A stretch of 49,569 nucleotides of DNA, taken from NCBI GenBank assembly GCA_903831155.1, contig CAIKWU010000045.1:1-49569 (forward strand). The letters run 5' to 3'. Source of the DNA: an uncultured Planctomycetaceae bacterium. Lineage in GTDB: Bacteria; Planctomycetota; Planctomycetia; Pirellulales; UBA1268. The first letter of the stretch is position 1, and every line of letters begins with the position of its first letter. The position numbers and the translations under genes are program-made. The notes beneath the pieces were generated by a model. The model made no database searches. It saw only the letters and a list, made by a program, of their open reading frames with translations, and was not told the DNA's origin. Below are positions 43,832 to 49,569 of the stretch, in pieces.

Positions 43832-44614
43832 ATGACCGCGTTCCGCAGGAAAATCGTCGCTGGCAACTGGAAGATGAACCTCGATCGGCCGAAGGCGGTG
43901 GAACTTGCCGCGAGCGTGGTGGCCCGAGCCGCCGAGGCGGGGACCACCGAACTCGTGCTCTGCCCCCCGGCGGTGTATGTCGAGGCTGTCGGTTCGGCCG
44001 TGGCGAAGTCGGTGGTGGCGCTCGGCGGGCAGAACATGCACGACAAAGCGTCCGGTGCGTTCACCGGTGAGATCGCCCCCGCCATGCTCGTCGATCTGGG
44101 CTGCCGGTACGTGATCCTCGGCCACTCGGAGCGGCGAACGCTGTTCGGCGAGACCGATGCGTTCGTAAACGCCAAGACCAAGGCGGCCCTCGCAGCCGGG
44201 CTCGTTCCGATCGTCTGCGTCGGCGAGACGCTCGAGGAGCGGGAGGCCGGCCGCACGGGCGAGGTCGTCGCGGGGCAGGTTCGGGGCTCGCTCGCCGGCA
44301 TGCCGGCGGGCGACCTGGCGAAGGTGGTGATCGCCTACGAGCCGGTCTGGGCCATCGGCACCGGGAAGGTCGCCACGCCGCAGCAGGCCCAGGAGGTGCA
44401 CGCCCTGATCCGCACCCTGCTCGGCGAACTGGCCTCGCCGGCCGTCGCCGCGGGGATCCGGATCCAGTACGGCGGCAGCGTGAAGCCCGACAACGCGGCC
44501 GATCTGGCGGTGCAGCCCGACATCGACGGCGCGCTCGTCGGCGGTGCGAGCCTCAAGGCCGACGACTTTCTGGGGATCGCTCGTGCGTTCGGCCAGCCTG
44601 CGACCGTCACGTGA
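43832..44614 (+). CDS. tpiA: triosephosphate isomerase
   Basis: 260 aa from the ATG at 43832, with a GAGGAGG SD 5 nt upstream. IVAGNWKMN, ILGHSERR, catalytic AYEPVWAIGTG, YGGSV. Confidence 0.95.
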   Translation: MTAFRRKIVAGNWKMNLDRPKAVELAASVVARAAEAGTTELVLCPPAVYVEAVGSAVAKSVVALGGQNMHDKASGAFTGEIAPAMLVDLGCRYVILGHSERRTLFGETDAFVNAKTKAALAAGLVPIVCVGETLEEREAGRTGEVVAGQVRGSLAGMPAGDLAKVVIAYEPVWAIGTGKVATPQQAQEVHALIRTLLGELASPAVAAGIRIQYGGSVKPDNAADLAVQPDIDGALVGGASLKADDFLGIARAFGQPATVT

Positions 44615-44735
44615 TCACGATCCCGAAGCGGGCGGAGGAAACGGTCCGGGGTAGCCTCGCCCGCGGCCTTGGGCTACGCTTTCGGCCTCGGCCCGCTCCC
44701 CAGTCCGTGCTCGAGTTTCGGAGTTTCGTCCGTCC

Positions 44736-45170
44736 ATGAACGCCCTCGTTCGCTTCGGCTTCGGCTTTTTCCTGGTCTTCTCGGCGTTCTTCCTGATCGC
44801 CCTCGTGCTGATCCAGCGTGGCCGCGGTGGCGGCCTCGCGGGCGCGTTCGGGGGGGCCGGCGGCCAGAGCGCGTTCGGAACGAAGGCCGGCGACGTTTTC
44901 ACCAAGATCACGGTCGTGGTGGCGGCTTGCTGGATCCTGCTCTGCATCCTCGCGATCAACGTGCTGGGCCGCAGCGATTCGCTGTTCAGCCCGACCCTGG
45001 GAACGGCGGCCGGTCAGGCGGTGCCCTCGCGGACTCCGCCCGCGGAAACAACCCCTGCCTCGACGCCTGCATCGACGCCTGCCTCCACACCTGCTGAACC
45101 GGCAGCCGCGCCGGCCACCGGCGGTGATGCTGCCGTGGCTCCGGCCTCCGGAGACGCTCCGGCGAAGTGA
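44736..45170 (+). CDS. secG: preprotein translocase subunit SecG with long Ala/Pro/Thr-rich C-terminal tail
   Basis: 144 aa. TM1 [21 protein letters not shown], conserved [10 protein letters not shown]...FG loop, TM2 [20 protein letters not shown]. Conserved tpiA-secG synteny. The tail contains TPAS x3. Confidence 0.85.
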   Translation: MNALVRFGFGFFLVFSAFFLIALVLIQRGRGGGLAGAFGGAGGQSAFGTKAGDVFTKITVVVAACWILLCILAINVLGRSDSLFSPTLGTAAGQAVPSRTPPAETTPASTPASTPASTPAEPAAAPATGGDAAVAPASGDAPAK

Positions 45171-45188
45171 CTCGTGAAGAACTGAGCC

Positions 45189-46070
45189 ATGGCCCTGAGC
45201 ATGACGGGCTGCGGTGTGGGCGTCGCCACCGAGGGTGACAGCACCTGCCGAGTCGAGATTCGTTCCGTCAACGGCCGCCAGTTCAAGCTGTCGATCCGCG
45301 GGCGAGACATGCTCGCCCCCTTGGAGAGCCGGATCGACGCGATGATCCGGGCGCGGGTCCGACGCGGCACGCTGCATGCGACCGTGGAGACCGGCGGCCT
45401 TTCAGCGGGAGGCGTCCGCCGGCTCGATCGCGGCCAACTCTCCGCCTATCTCGACGACCTCGAGTCGTTCTGCTCGGCCCGCGGTCTGCCGCTGCCGCAG
45501 TCGGCCGACGGCCTGCTCTGCCTGCCGGGGGTCGTCCTCGACAGCGAGGCGGACTCGGAGGCGGCGGAAAGGGCGTGGCCGCTCGTGGAGCGGGCTCTGG
45601 TGGCGGCGCTCGACGGCCTCGACGGCATGCGACGGCACGAGGGCGGCTCGCTCGCGACCGACATGCGGGCCACCTGTGGTGAGATCCTCGCCCTCGTGGA
45701 AGAGGTTCGAGGCCGGGTGCCGCTCGTGGTCGTCGCGTACCGAGACCGTCTGCTCGAGCGGGTCGCCAGGCTGGTCGCCGACACGCCCGCCACCGTCGGC
45801 CCGGCCGACCTCGCCCGGGAGGTCGCCCTGATCGCCGACCGGACCGACGTGACGGAGGAACTCGTGCGGCTGGCCAGCCACGTCGATCAGTGCTCGCGGT
45901 TGCTCGACGAGGAGTCGCCCGGACGCTCGCTCGACTTCCTCGCCCAGGAAATCGGCCGGGAGGCCAACACGATCGCCTCGAAGTCGCTCGATGTGGCGAT
46001 CGCCCATGCGGTGGTCGAGATCAAGACGCGGATCGAGCGGCTGCGGGAGCAGGCCCAAAACATCGAGTGA
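45189..46070 (+). CDS. yicC: YicC-family stress-induced protein (endoribonuclease YicC-like)
   Basis: 293 aa. MTGCG start, EIRSVNGRQ, C-terminal DVTEELVRLASH...GRSLDFLAQEIGREANTIASKS motif. Confidence 0.9.
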   Translation: MALSMTGCGVGVATEGDSTCRVEIRSVNGRQFKLSIRGRDMLAPLESRIDAMIRARVRRGTLHATVETGGLSAGGVRRLDRGQLSAYLDDLESFCSARGLPLPQSADGLLCLPGVVLDSEADSEAAERAWPLVERALVAALDGLDGMRRHEGGSLATDMRATCGEILALVEEVRGRVPLVVVAYRDRLLERVARLVADTPATVGPADLAREVALIADRTDVTEELVRLASHVDQCSRLLDEESPGRSLDFLAQEIGREANTIASKSLDVAIAHAVVEIKTRIERLREQAQNIE

Positions 46071-46127
46071 TCGCGGGGCCTGCCAGTCGGCTTTTCAAGC
46101 CAACGCGGGCTGCGGTACAACATCGGG

Positions 46128-46748
46128 ATGGAAGACCGCCCGGGAAAACTCGTCGTCATTTCCGGCCCGTCGGGCGTGGGCAAGACGACGCTCCTGCGGC
46201 GGCTGCTCTCCGATCACCCCGCCCTCGTGCCGAGCGTGTCGGCCACCACCCGCACGCCGCGGGCAGGCGAGCGGGGCGGCGTCGACTACCACTTCCTGAC
46301 GCTCGAGGAGTTCGAGCGGCGACGGACCGCCGGGGAGTTCCTGGAGTGCTGCCGCGTCTACGGCAGACAGCACTGGTACGGCACGCTCGTGGCCGAGGTC
46401 ACCCCGCGTCTGGCGGCCGGAAAGTGGGTCGTGCTGGAGATCGACGTGGAGGGTACACTCTCGATTCTCGGCCGCTTCCCCGAGGCGATCACCATCTTCG
46501 TCGAGCCGTCCCACCCCGACCAGCTGTTTCAGCGGCTGCGGGATCGGGGCACGGAGTCGCCGGAGGCGATGGCCCGCCGCCTGGAAGTGGCACGACGTGA
46601 ACTTCACGAGGCGCACCGGTACCGGCATCGCGTCGTGAATGAGAACGTCGACGAGGCACTGTCGAGGATCGAGCGGATCCTGGCCGACGAGGGCTTCGTC
46701 GATCCCGCCCGTCGGGCGACACCTCCGCTCACCAGCCATACGACCTGA
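46128..46748 (+). CDS. gmk: guanylate kinase
   Basis: 206 aa. P-loop ISGPSGVGKTTL, SATTRTPRAGERGGVDYHF, EFLECCRVYGRQHWYGT. Confidence 0.93.
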   Translation: MEDRPGKLVVISGPSGVGKTTLLRRLLSDHPALVPSVSATTRTPRAGERGGVDYHFLTLEEFERRRTAGEFLECCRVYGRQHWYGTLVAEVTPRLAAGKWVVLEIDVEGTLSILGRFPEAITIFVEPSHPDQLFQRLRDRGTESPEAMARRLEVARRELHEAHRYRHRVVNENVDEALSRIERILADEGFVDPARRATPPLTSHTT

Positions 46749-46774
46749 GCCCACCCCACCGAGGAGACCAGCCC

Positions 46775-47038
46775 GTGATCGATGACCTGCGCGAGGAAGA
46801 GATCGTCAACAAGGTCGGAGGCCGCTTCAAGCTCTCCACCCTGATCCAGAAGAGGCTCGTGGCGCTCAACGCCGGCGGTCGACCGCTGGTCGATGTCGAC
46901 ACCGACGACAAGATGCAGATCGTCATCGAGGAGATCAAGCAGGACAAGATCTTCCTCGACACGTCGCTCAACCTCCGCATCACGGGAGAGTCGACCGAGG
47001 CGGGCGGGCCGCTCGACTTCGATCCCACCATCCTGTGA
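46775..47038 (+). CDS. rpoZ: DNA-directed RNA polymerase subunit omega
   Basis: 87 aa, GTG start. VGGRFKLSTLIQKRLVALNAG and IVIEEIKQDKI resemble omega. Classic gmk-rpoZ synteny. Confidence 0.75.
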   Translation: MIDDLREEEIVNKVGGRFKLSTLIQKRLVALNAGGRPLVDVDTDDKMQIVIEEIKQDKIFLDTSLNLRITGESTEAGGPLDFDPTIL

Positions 47039-47601
47039 GCCTTGCCGGCCGCGAGATCGTGCTCGGGGTCACGGGGGGCGTGGCAGCGTACAAGGCCGCC
47101 GCGCTCGCGAGCCTGCTCGTGCAGCGGGGAGCCGGAGTCACCGCCGTTCTGACCAGGGCCGCCAGGAGGTTCGTGGGCCCCGCCACGTTCGCGGCCCTCA
47201 CCGGTCGCCCGGTGGCCGGGAGGATGTTCGATCCCGACGCCCATCCCCTCGGGGCCCACATCGAACTGGCGGCCAGAGCGGAGGTCGTGGTGGTCGCTCC
47301 GGCGACGGCCGACTTCCTGGCACGGGCCGCCGGGGGCGCAGCCGACGACCTGCTCGCCACGCTCCTCCTGTGCGCGGAGTGCCCGGTCGTCGTGGCGCCG
47401 GCCATGAACGCCGCGATGTGGGCGAAACCGGCGGTTCAGCGGAACGTGCGGCAGGTCGAGGCCGATGGCATGCAGGTCGTCCCGCCAGGCTCGGGATGGC
47501 TCTCCTGCCGGCAACAGGGCACGGGCCGCATGGCCGAGCCGGAGGAGATCGCGGCCGCCGTGACCCAGGCGCTCGCCGATCGGCCGCGGCGGCCCTCCTG
47601 A
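47035..47601 (+). CDS. coaC: phosphopantothenoylcysteine decarboxylase (flavoprotein), stand-alone CoaC
   Basis: 188 aa. The GTG start overlaps the rpoZ stop (GTGA). IVLGVTGGVAAYKA, VVAPATADFLARAAGG, APAMNAAMW, GRMAEPEEI. Confidence 0.88.
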   Translation: MSLAGREIVLGVTGGVAAYKAAALASLLVQRGAGVTAVLTRAARRFVGPATFAALTGRPVAGRMFDPDAHPLGAHIELAARAEVVVVAPATADFLARAAGGAADDLLATLLLCAECPVVVAPAMNAAMWAKPAVQRNVRQVEADGMQVVPPGSGWLSCRQQGTGRMAEPEEIAAAVTQALADRPRRPS

Positions 47602-47621
47602 CCCGTCTCCGGAGCGATCCG

Positions 47622-48251
47622 ATGGCCAGCATCCTCCTGACGGCCGGGCCGACACGGGCCTACCTCGACGATGTCCGCTACCTGACCAATGCCTCCAGCG
47701 GCCGGATGGCGGCGGCGATCGCCGAGGCAGCGGTCGCCGCGGGGCACGACGTCGTCATCGTCAGCGGGCCGGTGGCGGTCGACTATCCGGCTTCGGCGCG
47801 TGTGATCCCCGTGATGACCACCCGGGAGATGCTCGCCGCGTCGCTCGTCGAGCTGCCGCGGGTCGATGGCGTGATCGCGACGGCCGCCCCCTGCGATTTC
47901 GAGCCGGGCCGGCGGGCCGCCGGCAAGATCCCGCGACGAGGCGACGGCCTCAGGCTGGAGCTCGTGCCCACGCCGGACGTGATCGCCGCGCTCGCCCGCG
48001 AGGGGAGCGACGGGCAGTGGTTCGTGGCGTTCGCCCTCGAGCCCGGCGCCGATCCGACCCGGGCCTTCGAGAAAATCGAGGCCAAGCGATGCGACCTGAT
48101 CGTCGTCAACGACGTGACCGCCATCGAGGGAACGAGCACCGCCGTGACGGTCTACGACCGCAGCCACGCGGCCGTCGGCTCGAGGGCCGGCACGAAACGC
48201 GAGGTTGCCGCCTGGCTGGTTGAGCTCATCGCGACGCGGCTCGTGGGGTAG
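47622..48251 (+). CDS. coaB: phosphopantothenate-cysteine ligase, stand-alone CoaB
   Basis: 209 aa from the ATG at 47622, 20 nt after the coaC stop and in a different frame. ILLTAGPTRAYLDDVRYLTNASSGRMAAAIAE, AAPCDF, KIPRRG, FALE. The upstream part of ORF 46893-48251 overlaps rpoZ and coaC and is not coding. Confidence 0.85.
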   Translation: MASILLTAGPTRAYLDDVRYLTNASSGRMAAAIAEAAVAAGHDVVIVSGPVAVDYPASARVIPVMTTREMLAASLVELPRVDGVIATAAPCDFEPGRRAAGKIPRRGDGLRLELVPTPDVIAALAREGSDGQWFVAFALEPGADPTRAFEKIEAKRCDLIVVNDVTAIEGTSTAVTVYDRSHAAVGSRAGTKREVAAWLVELIATRLVG

Positions 48252-48311
48252 CGGCGCGGACCTCGCCCGCGCTATAAATCGCCGTTCCCATTTCCCCGAG
48301 CGGAGTTCGTC

Positions 48312-49322
48312 ATGGTCAAGGTCGCGGTCCTCGGCGCCACCGGTTACACCGCCCTCGAGGCGATCAAGATCCTGCTGCGACATCCCGAGGCCGAGATCGT
48401 CGCGGTCACGAGCCGCCAGGAGGGGCGGACGCCGATCAGCGGGGTGCACCCGAGCCTCGTCGGCCGTCTCGATCTGCCGCTGGAGGACCTCTCGCCGGAG
48501 GAGGTCGGGAAGCGGGCCGACTGCGTGTTCGGCTGCCTGCCGCACTGCGCGAGCGCCGAGATCCTGCCCCGGGTGCTGGCGGCCGGAGCCCGCGTGGTGG
48601 ACTTCAGCGCCGACTATCGCCTCGACGACGCCGCGACCTACCTCGAGTGGTACGGCCACGAGCACCCCGACCCGGGCCGCCTCGGCAGCACGGTCTACGG
48701 GCTGCCGGAGCTGTTCCGCGACCGCATCCGGCGGCAATCGCTCGTCGCCAATCCGGGCTGCTACTCGACGTCCGCGATCCTGCCGCTCGCGCCGCTCGTG
48801 AAGAGCGGCCTCTTCGAGACCGACGACATCATCGTCGATGCGAAGAGCGGCGTGAGCGGTGCCGGCCGTCAGCCGAAGCTGATGACGCACTTTCCCGAGT
48901 GCAACGAGAGCATGTCCGCCTACAACGTGGGCCGCCACCGCCACACGCCCGAGATCGAGCAGGTGATCGCCCGCCACGCCGGCCCGCGGCCGGCGGTGAT
49001 CTTCACCCCGCAGCTCGCGCCGATGGACCGGGGCATCCTCTCGACGATCTACATCCGACCGCGGCAGAGGCTGACGGAGGCGGACGTGATGGGGCTCCTT
49101 CGCGAGGCCTACGCGGGCGAGCGGTTCGTCCGGGTCGTGGACCATCTCCCCGGCACGAAGGACACCGTCGACACGAACTTCTGCGACATCACCGCCCGGG
49201 TCGTCCGCGACCGGGTCCTGCTGATCAGCTGCCTCGACAACCTCGTCAAGGGCGCCGCCGGCGCCGCCGTGCAGAACTTCAACGTGCTCTTCGATCTCCC
49301 CGAAGCCATGGGACTGCTCTGA
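48312..49322 (+). CDS. argC: N-acetyl-gamma-glutamyl-phosphate reductase
   Basis: 336 aa. VAVLGATGYTALE, catalytic Cys in ANPGCYSTSAILPLAPL, DAKSGVSGAG, DNLVKGAAGAAVQN. Confidence 0.95.
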   Translation: MVKVAVLGATGYTALEAIKILLRHPEAEIVAVTSRQEGRTPISGVHPSLVGRLDLPLEDLSPEEVGKRADCVFGCLPHCASAEILPRVLAAGARVVDFSADYRLDDAATYLEWYGHEHPDPGRLGSTVYGLPELFRDRIRRQSLVANPGCYSTSAILPLAPLVKSGLFETDDIIVDAKSGVSGAGRQPKLMTHFPECNESMSAYNVGRHRHTPEIEQVIARHAGPRPAVIFTPQLAPMDRGILSTIYIRPRQRLTEADVMGLLREAYAGERFVRVVDHLPGTKDTVDTNFCDITARVVRDRVLLISCLDNLVKGAAGAAVQNFNVLFDLPEAMGLL

Positions 49323-49324
49323 AC

Positions 49325-49569
49325 ATGCCGATCGCCGACAAGCCCGTCACCTACCCGATTCCGGCCCTCCCCCGCGGCTGGCGGATGGCGGCCGTTCACG
49401 CCGGCATCAAGCGGAACGCGACCCGCGAGGACGTGACGCTCGTCGTCAGCGACCGCCCCGCGACCGCGGCGGGGGTCTACACGACGAACCTCGTGTTCGC
49501 GGCACCGGTCGCGTTGGACCGCTCGCGGACACCGGGCAGCGGATTTCGCGGCGTCGTGATCAACTCGGG
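49325..49569 (+). CDS. argJ: bifunctional glutamate N-acetyltransferase / amino-acid acetyltransferase ArgJ, N-terminal fragment (continues past window end)
   Basis: Open-ended frame I translated by hand: MPIADKPVTYPIPALPRGWRMAAVHAGIKRNATREDVTLVVSDRPATAAGVYTTNLVFAAPVALDRSRTPGSGFRGVVINS. Matches the ArgJ N-terminal pattern (GF...AGIK...D..L..S....AAGVFT.N...AAPV....VV.NSG). argC-argJ synteny. Confidence 0.85.
   Translation, partial: MPIADKPVTYPIPALPRGWRMAAVHAGIKRNATREDVTLVVSDRPATAAGVYTTNLVFAAPVALDRSRTPGSGFRGVVINS

Overview
49.6 kb, very GC-rich (about 68-70% by eye), densely coding window that looks like a Planctomycetota chromosome segment. Hallmarks are an ECF sigma next to a WD40 Ser/Thr kinase, a PEP-CTERM protein, giant secreted proteins with LExRxxLA-type N-termini, futalosine menaquinone genes and a PVM-type microcompartment operon. 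I call 45 protein-coding genes. I found no rRNA, tRNA, CRISPR array, transposase or integrase. Layout: (1) 1-7.9 kb envelope and housekeeping genes (receiver, PAP2, ComM/YifB, S46 peptidase, TlpA-like redoxin, DUF1080, HD). (2) 8.0-12.3 kb divergent ECF sigma, small ORF and kinase with two WD40 propellers. (3) 12.3-21.1 kb a 12-gene minus-strand bacterial microcompartment (BMC) operon: DeoR, PduL, 2 BMC-H, AckA, 3 BMC-P, acylating aldehyde dehydrogenase, class II aldolase, LDH-like dehydrogenase and one unassigned protein with an encapsulation peptide. It matches the described planctomycetal fucose/rhamnose organelle. (4) 21.3-29.3 kb mixed housekeeping (GNAT, membrane proteins, DinB, purN, ileS, mqnB, mqnD). 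(5) 29.4-42.7 kb accessory extracellular and glycan block (sulfotransferase, PL11 rhamnogalacturonan lyase, CBM2 plus two GH18 domains, a roughly 1960-aa nuclease/LTD/kexin-protease giant, a PEP-CTERM protein). (6) 42.7-43.8 kb a 1.1 kb gene-free, lower-GC, hairpin-rich stretch that no feature explains. (7) 43.8-49.6 kb conserved core genes (tpiA-secG, yicC, gmk-rpoZ-coaC-coaB, argC-argJ). Most worth a second look: the unassigned encapsulated RpiB-like protein inside the BMC operon; the LDH scaffold carrying the malate-type Arg; the basic N-terminal tag shared by a shell protein and a receiver; the ECF/small-ORF/kinase module; the giant multi-enzyme protein; and the structured non-coding stretch with a 10-bp-phased TCACC/GGTGA array. 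I did not find a system I can confidently call undescribed. All calls come from reading translated ORFs and motifs, with no database search, so family names are recognition-based and start codons are best guesses.
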